The position numbers and the translations under genes were made by a program. A stretch of DNA of 64,000 nt, taken from NCBI RefSeq assembly GCF_963676685.1, contig NC_092353.1, forward strand, positions 50,158,001-50,222,000, read 5' to 3'. The stretch's first letter is position 1; every line of letters begins with the position of its first letter. The notes below the pieces were generated by a model. That model did not search any database. It had not been told where the DNA came from and was given only the letters and a program-made list of their open reading frames with translations. Origin of the DNA: Mytilus edulis (Eukaryota). Below, in pieces: positions 39,897 through 53,252 of this stretch.

Positions 39897-40034
39897 CAGG
39901 GGCGGATCCAGCCATTTTAAAAAGGGGGGGGGGGGGTTCCAATTACATGTCCCCATTCAAATGCATTGATCGTCCAAAAAAAAGGGGGGTTCCAACCCCC
40001 GGAACCCCCCCCCCCCCTTCTGGATCCGCGCCTG
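39897..40034. mobile_element. Short GC-rich MITE (CAGG/TGGCGGATCC TIR family)
   Basis: caggggcggatcc...ggatccgcgcctg flanked by ACTGG; relatives at ~5530-5667, 12211-12357, 37811-37970, 39710-39845, 42399-42515. Confidence 0.75.
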
Positions 40035-41342
40035 ACTGGTTCAATGGTCCAATCGTATGACAGAAACAGCATGATGTTGCAGTTTCGACAGTGGTAGATT
40101 AAAGGCCGTGTACTAGTGGTTGTCGCAACACATCCATTTTTCTTTAAGCTACTTTAATAACGTAAAATATTAATAAAATGATGATCGATAAAAAAGGATA
40201 AACTCTCTAAGCTCCTAGATCCCTTCTGTCAAAATTTGAAGTTATTAGATTCACCCCTGTTGAACACCTATTAAATACGTCAGTGTCGATTTCATCAAAC
40301 TGATCTGGCTACATCACGTGACAGTATTGAAGAAGTATGATATTATTTATAAAAGAGAGACGAAGATACCAGAGGGACATTCAAAAGCAAAAGTCGAGAA
40401 AACAAACTGACAACGCAATTGTTTAAAAAAGAAACAGACAAACAGAAGTACATAAAACACAACATACAAAATTAAATACTAAGCAACACGAATCCCGCCA
40501 AAACGGGAGGTGATCTCAGCTAGGCGTTCTGGAAGGGTAGACAGATCCTGCTCCATATGGGGCACCATCCGGTGTTGCTCATGTCAGTACAAACCTGGAA
40601 ATAAGTCTAAATGCATCAGTGCATAGAAAACTGGAAGAAAAGAGAGAAGACCTTGGTGTCCTTTTTTGTGCAATGCCCGGATAAGAGACCTTAGTCTGCA
40701 ATAAGTTCAAAGTATTTGTTTCAGGCATGCATGCAGCTTCAAGCGAACCATTACACACTATAAACGGAAATGTGCATTATTGAACCATTTAATCAACAAA
40801 ACCCACATATTTATGAAACTTTAATACAAATGTAGTTGAATGACGTATTGCAATGAAAAAAAAGCAGAAAAAGTCGTGTTTATTAATTACTAGCCAATTC
40901 AGAAAATAACAATTGTCATTGTACACACACGAAAAAAAATCTATATTCTTATAATTATCTCTTTACCTGAGTAGAAAATGAGATTTAACAGTAAGAAACA
41001 ATCTCAATCTGTAAAATAAGATAATGTATACATTTCAACTAAGTCAATATAATTAAGGCTGTCATTCATAAATACTTCATAAAACCCATTTGTATCGTCA
41101 AATAGAAGGCTGTGATCACGAATTGAGGATCAGAATCGATGATTGTGCGCCAGCTTTTCCATAGGATATTTATCGGGTAGAATTCTCAGTAATCCACAGA
41201 TATTTATAACGTAGGTACGGTGAATGGATGGATTTAATCAATGTTTGACACGCTTTTAGATAAAATTATCTAATTGCGAAGTTCATTCTGGTTTCCGTTA
41301 TAAAGTGAATATTGACTAAGTATTTGTTTATTGCGGAAAAGC

Positions 41343-41897
41343 ATGACGATGGATTCTAGGAGGATACGGAGAACACACGGACATGGCGGTGGTCATATAC
41401 CTGGGCATGGACAGAACCTGACTGTGCCGGGCAGGCTTACAAAAGCCCATGGGCATACTTTAAGGGATCACAAAGGAAACGATAGTAAATCTGAAAGCTC
41501 TGATCATGACAGAGGGAAATATTTTCATGAACATGTCAGACTTGAAAATACATTCCAACTGAATCCATGTGAGGATTATAAGTTTTCTAGCAAACAGATG
41601 GAAAGAGCAATGAAAGAAATATTAGACAAACAGTTAACCGAGACGGACTATAACGGGAAAATATGCCCGACAGTTGCCGCAAACTTGTCATCCTTAATAA
41701 AAGAACGAGCTAAGGAGTTTCCATGGAAACGGTACAGATATGTTGTACAAGTTGTAGTTGGAGAGAATTCTGAGCAAGCAGTACAGATAGGTAGCCGCTG
41801 TATATGGGATGAAAAGAACGATAATTTTGCATGTGTTACTTTTAAAAATAAAACTGTGTTTGCCGTAGCTGCATGTTATGGGATTTATTTAGAATGA
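41343..41897 (+). CDS. Tctex1 domain-containing dynein light chain B, 184 aa, intronless CDS
   Basis: LENTFQLNP...FPWKRYRYVVQVVVGE...GSRCIWDEKNDNFA...FAVAACYGIYLE; first ATG at 41343. Confidence 0.92.
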   Translation: MTMDSRRIRRTHGHGGGHIPGHGQNLTVPGRLTKAHGHTLRDHKGNDSKSESSDHDRGKYFHEHVRLENTFQLNPCEDYKFSSKQMERAMKEILDKQLTETDYNGKICPTVAANLSSLIKERAKEFPWKRYRYVVQVVVGENSEQAVQIGSRCIWDEKNDNFACVTFKNKTVFAVAACYGIYLE

Positions 41898-44800
41898 TTT
41901 CATTTCGGAACATTTGTTAATTTGTTATTATTAGTAATAAAGGATTCTACGGGATTTAAAAGTTTGCAGTATTTTCAGTTTCTATGGAAACGGTTTGTTT
42001 ATATTTTCTGTAACGAGACTCTTATCAAATATACACAGTTTCATGTTTCAGATCTTTAATTTAATTTTAAATTCTTATTCAAGATGGTGAAAATGTACGT
42101 TTTTCTTTTCTTTTGATTTTATTCAACCTTTCAAACAGCAAGCAGAAATAGGGAATACAAGACATATAATCCCCCCCCCCCCCCCCCGAAAAGCCAAAAG
42201 TTGCATCCTCAAGGTCTTATTTCAAGAACATATTGCAGAGAACATGTACATGTATGACGCACAAATGTACTATGTGTGTATGTATGGAAAGAACCTTTTC
42301 AATGGTTGTTTTTATCATGTGTCTTTGATTTTTGTTAATTTGTTATTTTGGTTTTATGGAATATCTTTTAAATTCTCTGTAAAAAATCATTTCCAACTCA
42401 GTAGCGGATCCAGGGGGGGGGGGGGGGGGGGGGGCTAGGTAATATTAACGATCAATGCTTTTGAATGGGAACATATGATTGGAATCCACTTTTAGAATGG
42501 CTGGATCCCCCCCCCTACAACTGTTCTAGACCCCGGGCGATTTCGGGCCTGACAGATAGAATATAGTGACTATACACCTGATTTTGTTGAATATTGTATT
42601 CTGAACGTCTTCGATTATTTGTCAGTTTTATCTGGTAGTTAGCTAGTTGACTTCAAGCAATTTTACAATTATACTTTAATTCGGACGAAACACTTCAGAT
42701 TTAAAATTCATTCATTTTATGTCTAGAGTAGTTGGCAGATATAGACGAGTAGACCAATTAATGAAAGTTAATTGTTAGTACTTAAAATCGATGACTGAAT
42801 CTAGGAACAATTTAAATTTAAAATGTATTTAGCTTTTTGTAAACAATTTAAATAACGTTATTAATGGTGATACAAATAATTGATTTAAATCATCAGTTTT
42901 ATAATACTAATAAATATATTTGAGTGAGTGAAAGAATTTTTCCCATGCAAATATAAAACATTGTTTCGCATGGTCTATAAAACAATATAAATTCAATTCA
43001 TGAAATAGATAATTATATGCAGATTTATTTAAATTGTTCATAGATTCCATGTACAAATATACGAAACCGTGTTACTTTATTATTGTTTGATGTGTCCATG
43101 GCAAATTTTAAACATAACAGATACAAAGAGAAAATTAAAGAATTCATGGTAAATTATTGTCGTAATGAAATTTATATTGCCCTCTTGTAGTATTGTCTTT
43201 GTTTTCTTTGATAAATTTTATGGATTTTTGAAATTACATACCTTTGAACCGCAAGGAACAATATGATTTATAAACCCAATGTTTTGTTTTACAATTGCCT
43301 TTGTCTATGGTGTTGTTAATATATAATAGAACTAACATTTAAACGAATTTTTAAGTGGGTTTCTTAAAGACTGTTGTTGTTTCTTTTCATTATGAAATAA
43401 TACAAATAAAAGTTGATTTAATTAAAAATATACAACTGTCATTCACGGTAGGGGAAAAGCATGTATACCTACAATGTATATATAAAAAAAGATATAAGTT
43501 GTTGAATGCTTTAATTCAAATTAAAATTGAGAATGGATATGGGGAATATGTCAAAGAGACAACAACCCGCGACCAAAGAGCATAGAACAGCCGAAGGCCA
43601 CCAATTCTTTTATAAATCACAATTGTAATGCACTTTTTTGCTGCGTTCTAAATCTTTTATCCAAAGAAATGAAACATGAAATAAACTTTGTATTTAAAAT
43701 TATTGACATGTTTTTATTTCTTTGAAGTAAAATTCGTCTGACAGTTAAAATCTTCATATATATAATGGATCTTTTATACAAGACAAACGTTGGTATTACA
43801 TGTATGTTTGTGTTATGAACTTCTTGCCTAGTAGTTAAATTATTTCTATTGATATGACAAGTTTTCATATGCATGCAGATTGACAAATGAATTAAGTTTA
43901 ATGTACATATTCAAGTTATTCTATACTATTAATGATAATACAAAACCCATGTTGAAAAAATGAATCAATTTGCTTAGCGATGGAAAAATGTAAGTGTGAT
44001 AAAAAGCAAACAGTATAATATGCATTTTCACCTCATGTGGTTACGTGTAAAAAAATGACATAACAGAGGGTCGAAATAGGGATAGGGGCACCGAGTCCCT
44101 TTGACGACAAACATATTCCGTACATTTATGTCTATACTATTTAAAAGTAGATATAAGAAGCCTCATGATGTGGGATAAGTGCCAATGAAACAACTTTCCA
44201 TCCAAGTCCCAATTTGTAAAAGTAAACCATTATAGGTCAAAGTACGGTCTTCAACACGGAGCCTCGGCTCTCACCGAACAGCAAAGCTATAAAGGCCCCC
44301 AAGTGTATATTATCTGAATATTTATGTCTATATTCTATTTGGATGTCTTACAAATTTTAAAATTTGAAAGTATTTTTATTAACAGCAATAAATCTTTTTC
44401 AAAAGTTATATAATTTTAACTGCTGGTATTTTTGTATCATAAAAATTGGAATTAAAGGTTTTTTCTTTCTTGAGAGAGTTATATAAGATCATATAATCCT
44501 CTTGATTTTATGATTTTTTTTGTATGTTTTATGCAGCGACTCCGTCATCTCGAACCTCTTATACATTGCAAATTTAAGTATATAAAAAAGAAGACGCATA
44601 AAAAAACATAATTTGATTTGACTTCCGAATTGGTCTCCTATTTCAGATAAAAAAATTACTTGATAGTTTCAACAATCAGTTAAAAGAACAATGATATACT
44701 TGTTGTATTCATCGGCTTATCAAATAACAAACATTGATATCTTGACCTTCTACTCTTACACCGAAAATTGATTTTTTTCGCATAGTGATGATTCAGCAAT

Positions 44801-45019
44801 ACAAAATTTTCTGAATCTTTATCAAAGCAACCCAAGCAATGTTTGTCACGCGATTGCGTTTCTGTTTTTTTACTTTGCTTTTGTGAGTCCCAAACAACTT
44901 TTCCAAGAATTTACAATTTCTAAATCATTTCTTTTCTTGTTACTATTATATATCCTTTTTGTCAACTCTTTTTGTTGAGGAGATCGGAGTACCCGAAGAA
45001 AATCACATAACTTCAAAGG

Positions 45020-46096
45020 ACAAGAGTCCACACGCTGAAATGTCTCGCCTTCTTTACTTACCTTTGATATAATGTTGATATTCCTTAATATGAATCTTTA
45101 CTACAACTATCACATAAACTTAATATGATCCAAAAAAATGTGGTCAAGGTCATACATACAAAACGAGAAATACATGTGCACCTAACCAGCATAAAATACA
45201 ATAAATGTACTTGACCTATTGCTTATATTTTGTAAGAATCAAACTTTATCAAGAAAACTAAACATTGACCAATGAGCCACGAAAATGAGGTCAAGGTCAG
45301 ATGAACCATTCCAGGCAAACATGCACCGCTTACAATCCTGCCATTCAACACATATAGTTGACCTTTTGCTCGTAGTTTAAGAAAACCGACTAAAACACAA
45401 AACTTAATACTGAGCAATGAATCGTGAAAATGAGGTTAAGGTCAAATAAACCTGTGAGACTGACATGAACATCATAAAATATTTCCATACACCAAATATA
45501 GTTGACCAATTGCATAATGTATTAGAAAAAAAACCCACCAAAAACTCAAAAACTTAACTATAAACTTCTGAACCATGAAAATGATGTCAAGGACAGATGA
45601 CACCTGTCAGTTGGACATGTACAAATTACAATCATTCCATAAACCAAATAAAGTTGACCTATATTGCTAACAGTATAAGAAAAACAGATCAAAACACAAA
45701 AACTGAACTATAACCACTGAACCATGAAAATGAGGTCAAGGTCAGACGACATCTGCCAGGTGAACATGAATACCTTACAATCCTTTCATACACAATATAC
45801 TAGACCTATTGCTTATATTATCTGAGTTTTGAACTTGACCACCAAAATTTAACCTTGTTCACTGATATGAGGTCGATATCAAGTAAAAACTGTCTGAAGA
45901 CACGAGGACCTTGCAAGGTACGAACATACGAGTTATAGTGGGAAAGACGGAAACTTCGTAACATTAGAAATCTATATACAAAGTATAAAACCTCCAGGTC
46001 TTCCACCATCTAAAATATAAAGCTTTTTTAAAAGAAGTTCACTAACGCCGTCGCCGGATCACCATCCCTATGTCAATCTTTCTGCGACAAAAGTTG
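45020..46096 (+). mobile_element. Helentron-like element with ~145-bp internal tandem units
   Basis: Starts acaagag; repeated aaaatgaggtcaaggtc units; 3' cgccgtcgcc microsatellite and hairpin. Confidence 0.65.
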
Positions 46097-47009
46097 TAAA
46101 TAACATTTTTTGTTGGTTTTGGTCAATCCAAGGTAAAATGCCACTTATTATGACATTGGTCTACACATTCCCAATTTTGTTTTTCATTTCAATATTACTT
46201 TTTTTTTTACAATGCTTGAATGACAATAAGGCACATTCCAGTCCATAAGGTAAATACGTTTGCTTCATAAATATAAACACTGTTGAGATTGCTCGTTTAA
46301 TTTTAGACTGTTTCAAGTAGTCAGCCGAGAACCAGCTTACATGCACGCTTCGTCGGTAACGTCAGGATTTGTGTTCGCAGCAACTTTATAGTGCAGTAAA
46401 AAGTACATCAACCATGCAGTTAGTTAAATTAGGTACAGACATTTGACTTTATTAAAAGCAATTAAAAATCGATTTTAATAATTCCAAAAGTTAAATCAAT
46501 TTCACGAACAAGAAGAACTTTCGCTTCAAAATAAATGGCACAAAATATAATTAATAAAAATGTAAATAATTTCAATAAGCACTGAAAATAATGATTCCAT
46601 TATAACTAAGGATAATTGCAACTTGGCAGTGATAACAAAACATAATATGCATTTTATTGAAAATTAATCGAGACTTTGGATCTTCTCACTATTAATAATA
46701 CAGTTGAATTGAATGCAGACATTAGTCAATGATACATCCGCCATTATAATTTAGGTATGTATAGCATTGAACAAGATTTAATTAACTATAAGCAATTGTG
46801 TTCATTCATCTGTCATGTATTGGTTGTCAAGCAAGTTCAATTAAACAATAGAAAAATCTAAATCATTTTAGAAAGTCTTTAATTCGATTCACTGGTTCCA
46901 TTAATTCAAAACTTGCAAATTCATTTTTGACTTTATATAACATTCTGTAATATTTATTCTTGTTGAGAGACATTGTAAATAGAAATTTGTGGATTTTACA
47001 ACAAAAGCA

Positions 47010-47510
47010 ATGGATAAAGCATATCTACAGAGACCAACAGCTAGAGCAGCTCAGCTTCGTGCTGCCACCAAAAGTCAAACACCGTCAGGACGTCGAGACG
47101 ATGAAAGCAACTGTCGATCTGAAACTACAGACGAACTTAATAAATTCAAATGGGAAAATACATACAAAATGGATCCTGACAATTTACTCTCGGAAAATAC
47201 AATTCAAGGCACAATGAGACAGGCAATTAAAGAACTCATTGCCGGTGAAGACGACGATTTTCTCGAGTCAGAGGGCAGGGGTCATTTGTGTGCGAAACTA
47301 ACAGACGACATCAAGCATCGAATAAAAACGGAATATGCTAATACTAGGTACAGATTTATAATTCATGTAACTATTGTTCAAGATTTTGCCACTTTTTCCA
47401 TCGGAAGTAGATGTTTATGGAACGATAACACAGACAATCACATGACAGTTTCCATACCTTTTGGTGATAGTTATATTGTATCAACTTGTTATGCTGTTTA
47501 TTTTGAATAA
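47010..47510 (+). CDS. Tctex1 domain-containing dynein light chain C, 166 aa, intronless CDS
   Basis: WENTYKMDP...RYRFIIHVTIVQ...GSRCLWNDNTDNH...CYAVYFE; first ATG at 47010. Confidence 0.9.
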   Translation: MDKAYLQRPTARAAQLRAATKSQTPSGRRDDESNCRSETTDELNKFKWENTYKMDPDNLLSENTIQGTMRQAIKELIAGEDDDFLESEGRGHLCAKLTDDIKHRIKTEYANTRYRFIIHVTIVQDFATFSIGSRCLWNDNTDNHMTVSIPFGDSYIVSTCYAVYFE

Positions 47511-48913
47511 GTGAATCATTAAATCAATATTGTGTTCTTATTTGGTAGTCACATTTTAAACACTATTCTGAAAGAGAGGCGAAAGATACCAGAGGTATAT
47601 TCAAACATATAGATAGAAAATAAAATGACAACGCCATGGTTAAAAAAGAAAAAGACAAACAGACGAAAGTACACACGACACAACATAGAAAACTAAAGAC
47701 GAAGTAACACGAACCCAACCAAAAAGTGGGGTGATCTCAGGCGCTCCGGAAGGGTAAGCAGATCCTGCTCCACATGTGTTTGACACCCGTCGTGTTTATA
47801 TTATTCTGAATTTTAAGTAAGAGACAAGTTTTTGAATGTTGCCTAATATTTATTGTGTCTATTTTTTGCAAATAAGTTATTTGAAAATCGAGTGCTCGAC
47901 AATCTCGGTCGTCTCGAACGACGTCTTGATTGTTTACTTTTCTATAAAGGACTAACTGCATCTATATTGAAGGTTTGTTTAAAGTCTAGAATAGGTTTTA
48001 TTCTTGTCAATTCTAATGGACAGACAGAACTATTGAAGAAACCTTGGGCCATGACGATACTTTATCTAGAACTCAAGTTTTCTTTTTTAATACTTGAGTG
48101 CACGTGAGTGGGACAACTACATATTTATTTTTGACTCTTGGTTTATAGTGCGTTCTGTCTTTTAATTGGAATCATTGAAAATTGTTAATCATTAATTTGG
48201 CATTACTAAATTGCTATTCATTTAGTTTGATTTGAACTTGGTTAAGTGGTTCCACACGAAAAACATTACAAACATGAAAAGCTTAGATACTGCCTTGGTC
48301 CACATTTATTACAAAAGTATGATAAAACCTATAGAAATAACCCTTTTGAAATATTTTTATATGCATATTACAACTTAATTGAATTTGATTGGGTCGTTAG
48401 GATATTTCCCTTGTTGTAAATTCGGTAGACCATGTTGTCACTGTGACAACTAACACCCCCCCCCCCCCCCTATACATATAAATGGAATACTGGGGTCCAA
48501 AAAAAAGTTGAAATTGAAATTTAAAATGGTTTCAGAATTATAAGGATTAAAAACAATTTCTCTAGATGTTTTTGACGTGTAAAATGAAGATCTAACTTTA
48601 CATAGAAGTCCTTCTGACTTTTGTTATTTTTAGTAAAATTGAGACAGACACAATTGTGAGGGATGGAAACGTTTGACTGTATTATAAATATCAATTATAT
48701 TTATAAGATCTGGAAACACAACGCTATGTTTTTGAAAATTTATACGAAATGAAAGTGACTTCAGAAAAATAAAGTATTGAAAATGTAAACAGGGAATGTG
48801 ACTCACTTTCGGCATTTCGTATAAATCGAGAAAAAAACCAAATAAACACCATTCAATTCTTTTTTATTTGTGTGTCATATATGTAAGGATTATCGCTACT
48901 GGTTGAGTTTATG

Positions 48914-49760
48914 CACTTATATGTTTTTACTCTTTATGCGAGTTTGGTATTGACGGTAGACACTTTTATGTTTTTACTTTTTATGCGAGTTTGGTATTGA
49001 CGGTAGACACTTATATGTTTTTACTCTTAATGTGAGTTTGGTATTGACGGGAGACACTTTCATGTTTTTACTCCTTATGTGAGTTTGGTATTGACGGTAG
49101 ACACTTTTATGTTTTTACTCTTTATGCGAGTTTGTTATTGACGGTAGACACTTATATGTTTTTACTCTTAATGTGAGTTTGATATTGACGGAAGACACTC
49201 TTATGCTTTTACTCCTTATGTGAGTTTGGTATTGACGGTAGACACTTTTATGTTTTTACTCCTTATGTGAGTTTGGTATTGACGGTAAACACTTATATGT
49301 TTTTACTCTTAATGTGAGTTTGGTATTGACGGTAGACACTTTTATGTTTTTACTCTTTATGCGAGTCTGTTATTGACGGTAGACACTTATATGTTTTTAC
49401 TCTTAATGTGAGTTTGGTATTGACGGAAGACACTTTTATGCTTTTTCTCCTTATGTGAGTTTGGTATTGACGGTAGACACTTTTATGTTTTTTACTCCTT
49501 ATGTGAGTTTGGTATTGACGGTAAACACTTATATGTTTTTACTCTTAATGTGAGTTTGGTATTGACGGAAGACACTTTTATGTTTTTACTCCTTATGGGA
49601 GTTTGGTATTGACGGTAGACACTTTTATGTGTTCACTCTTAATGCGAGTTTGGTATTGACGGTAGACACTTATATGTTTTTACTGGTTATGTGAGTTTGG
49701 TATTGACGGTAGACACTTTTATGTTTTTACTCTTTATGTGAGTTTGGTATTGACGATAGA
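48914..49760. repeat. Minisatellite, 18 x 47 nt
   Basis: Unit cacttttatgtttttactctttatgcgagtttggtattgacggtaga. Confidence 0.93.
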
Positions 49761-49831
49761 TTTTGGTGCTAGACGTCTTTTACAACTTTGCTTGACTCTT
49801 TGCAATTAAGAACTTGTTTATTGTTGTATTA

Positions 49832-50089
49832 GGGAGCTACCATTTGATTTTTATGGGGGGGCTAGAATGAAAAATTTTGTCCTGCAATTTTTTTTTTAGT
49901 TGTAATCTCTGTCCTGCCTTTTTATTTTTCACTCTGTTCGGTCCTGCCTTTTTTTTTTTTTAGTTTATCCTGACTTTTTTTTTTGCAAGTGTCTCATCCA
50001 GCCTTTTTTTTTACTCAAAACTCCTGTCCTGCCTATTTATTTCAAATTTCATTCTAGCCCCCCCCCATAAAAATCAAATGGTAGCTCCC
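49832..50089. mobile_element. PIF/Harbinger-like MITE
   Basis: TIR GGGAGCTACCATTTGATTTTTATGGGGGG; TTA TSD. Confidence 0.85.
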
Positions 50090-51820
50090 TTACATTCTTG
50101 ATTTTTTTGAAAGTGTTGTTCAATGTTGCTATCCTTTTGACACAAACCACATTTCCTTTTGTTCGGAGAGCTTTAAATCGGAATTCATACTATTAAATCG
50201 TTCATCAATGGCAGCCTCAATAACTATTTTTCTCGCTTGAAAACATTTGACCACCGGTATAAAAAATAGATAGTGGATGCGATTAAGAATAAATCAGTCA
50301 ACAGTCGACTGGTGGAAATCGATTTACTACTCATGACAATAAAGAAATCCATTGGTGAGACGCATTCGATAAAAATAGGTAAGTAAATTAGCTTAAACAA
50401 TATAATAGCACACGTTATTAATTTTTGGCAAAGCTATTGCGAAAATTGAATCAAATCATGGTAGGGTCTGTAAAAACTTTTAAGTTCGATATGTTCCTTG
50501 AAAAAAAATCATCCGTCAAGGAAACTGATAAATTGGAATTTCGAAACAAGTGGAGGGGGATCATTACTTCGCATTGAAAGTGCTGCTGGAATGTTCCTGC
50601 AAAAAAAAGGAAAGGTCTTTATGAAAATTGGAGACGTCTCTTTTGTCAAAAAAACGATCAAACATCTTGATAGTGCCAGACTTAGACATAAAGATGCTAA
50701 AAAAAAAATTTTTTTTAAGATACGCAATTTGTTTCGAATTCGATCAAAAGAAGGTTTTAAGATCCCTGCTTCAAAGGAGGATTGACAATTGTAGTTGTTA
50801 GAATGAATAAATACACATGCTCTCTCCTTCAGTGTTATTGGGGTTTCCCGTGAGGGTAAAGATATTCATTTATCAAACATTTTTGAATATAAAAGAAATA
50901 TGCTTAATCTCTTGAGAAGACAGTGCCAAATGTTAGAAAAAAAACCCATCTTTTATATCTTAATGCATAGGTATTATTTATAAAAAAAACTTTGATCGAA
51001 TCTTATAGAAAAAGAAAAAAAAAGAAAATCATTTCACATTTGCTTTATCGGATTTCTTCAAAGGTTGGACAGTTTTTCATCGAAGCAGATTCCGTCGTAT
51101 TTGTTGAATTGAAAACACCATCGTCAGTGCAATAGCTTTACATAAAATGTGAGTTGGTCCATTGTGCACGTAACTATATAACTCAACTTGAAAATTTTAA
51201 CGATGACCTTATTAACCTTTTTGTGGGGGTAACACATTTATTTCATTCATACCCCTTGCAGGTTTTTTTAAAACAAATATATTATATAATCGGATAAACT
51301 AAAAAGATACTAAATTACCAAATAGTTTGTAACATGTAATGCTAAGTACAATCGGCATGTTATTTGGATAATAAATCTTTCATTTATAATGTGTCATTCT
51401 TCTTGTCAAATATTAAAACATGCTTCATCAGCAATTCATAAGATTAAAAGGATTAAGCCATTACCACGTTACCAAGCAAACAAAAGTTTATGTCAGATGA
51501 GACATGCATTATTTAGCTTAGTTGCTTAGGATATGGACCCCCTTTTTGTACCCAAACATACAATATTACAAAAAAGTCTTTTATAATTGCCACTGCAGAA
51601 GAAAACATGCTTTCTTTACATTTATAAAATTAAGAATGGAAAGGGGGAATGTGTCAGAGACAACAACCCGACCAAAGAGCTGATAACAGCCGAAGTCCAC
51701 CAACGAGTCTTCAATACATAAATCTTTATTGCAAAATTACACCCATAAGGGTCAAGCAATACAATCAAGCAATAATTTTATACAATACAATTGCAATACA
51801 GTGAAATACAATGTAATACT

Positions 51821-52117
51821 ATAGGGTTATTGCATGAATATTGGGGAATATTGTCCCGAGTAGAATTTTATATTGCACGAGCTTGCGAGTGCAATATATG
51901 TTCTACGAGGGACAATATTCCCCAATATTCATGCAATAACCCTTTTATTGTATAGCAATATAATATTTCAAAGTAAAAATTGGTTTAAACTAAGATTTTG
52001 TCGTTGATGACGTCATGAATGTTTACGATTTATTGTACTAGTGCAATATTAGAATTTATTGCACGCTAACTTTTGGTTACTTTCTGTGGGAAATATTATA
52101 TTGCTATACAATAAAAT
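51821..52117. mobile_element. Double-hairpin non-autonomous element (possibly Crypton-like) inside an (AATAC)n tract
   Basis: gggttattgcatgaatattggg/cccaatattcatgcaataaccc hairpin, then ttttattgtatagcaatataatattt/aaatattatattgctatacaataaaa. Similar architecture at ~59715-60020. Confidence 0.6.
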
Positions 52118-52763
52118 GCAATACAATGAAATTCAATATAATACAATACAATATAAAGAATAATAGAACATTAAGAGTTCAATTATAAATGTATATTAAA
52201 AACACCATCATAACCATGATAACCTTGCCTGACACGGGTCCGACTCCCTCAGTTCTAAAGACTGTTTAATGATAGCCAGAAAATCCCGCACACGAAGACG
52301 TGCATCAGCGGCTCCCTAAACAAAAATATGTACTAGTTCAGTGACAATGGACGTCATACCTAACTCCAAAATATATAAATGAACTAAAATTGAAAAATCA
52401 TACAAGACTAACAAAGGCTCCTGACTTGGGACAGGAGCAAAATGCGGCGGGGCTAAACATGTTTTTTGAAATCTCAACACTCCCCCTATACCTCTAGCCA
52501 ATGTTGAAAAAACACACAGCAATACGCACAGTAAACTAGGTTAAGAAGAATTCATGCATAGTCTATTGTCAGCTACGATATTTGATTGTTTTCTATTAAG
52601 TAACGAAACACAAACTAAATTCATGGGTTGACTTGTCACTGTTCTATCTTTTGAATGATTAACCTTTCACACTAAAAACAAAAGATTTAATTGTCTGTTA
52701 ATCGTTAATTACTTAGTACGTTTAACCCAAGTACATTATGTGTGTATATCTTAACAAGACAAA

Positions 52764-53252
52764 ATGGAAACGCGTCTCCCAAGACTTAGTAGATTTTCTA
52801 ATTTAGTGAGAAACGTTATCAAGTCTCCTCACATCTTTAAGCGAGAAGATGACAGCAGCCGAACTGAAACGAGCGAAGAACCTAAAATTCGTTATGAGAA
52901 TACATATAGGATAGCACCAGATGACACTATCGCAACCAAAATTGTCAACAGTATCATGAACAATACAATACTGGAGGTGGTTTCCGGAGAGGAGGAAGAT
53001 TTCTTGGATAAAGAGGGGCGTGGTTTTCTCTGCACGCGACTGAGTGATGCTATCAGACAACGAATCAAAGCGGAGTATTTTAACAGTCGTTTTAGAATAA
53101 TTGTACACGTAACTATTGTTCAAGAAAACGCTACAATTTCTGTTGGAAGTAGATGTCTATGGAATGATTCTACAGATACACATACATCTGTGACTGTACC
53201 ATTCGAGGATAGTGTGATCGTGGCAACTTGCTACATGTTATACTATGAATAA
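52764..53252 (+). CDS. Tctex1 domain-containing dynein light chain D, 162 aa, intronless CDS
   Basis: YENTYRIAP...RFRIIVHVTIVQ...GSRCLWNDSTDTH...CYMLYYE; closest paralog of C. Confidence 0.9.
   Translation: METRLPRLSRFSNLVRNVIKSPHIFKREDDSSRTETSEEPKIRYENTYRIAPDDTIATKIVNSIMNNTILEVVSGEEEDFLDKEGRGFLCTRLSDAIRQRIKAEYFNSRFRIIVHVTIVQENATISVGSRCLWNDSTDTHTSVTVPFEDSVIVATCYMLYYE

Noticed and set aside
36812-49760. 53-nt and 47-nt arrays (also the 41-nt and 21-nt arrays elsewhere) as CRISPR arrays
   Set aside because: Head-to-tail units with no unique spacers, no cas genes, and a eukaryotic context.
50498-50785. 95-aa Lys-rich ORF between Tctex1 C and D
   Set aside because: Non-ATG start, no recognisable motif or convincing splice context; may be a decayed coding or TE fragment.
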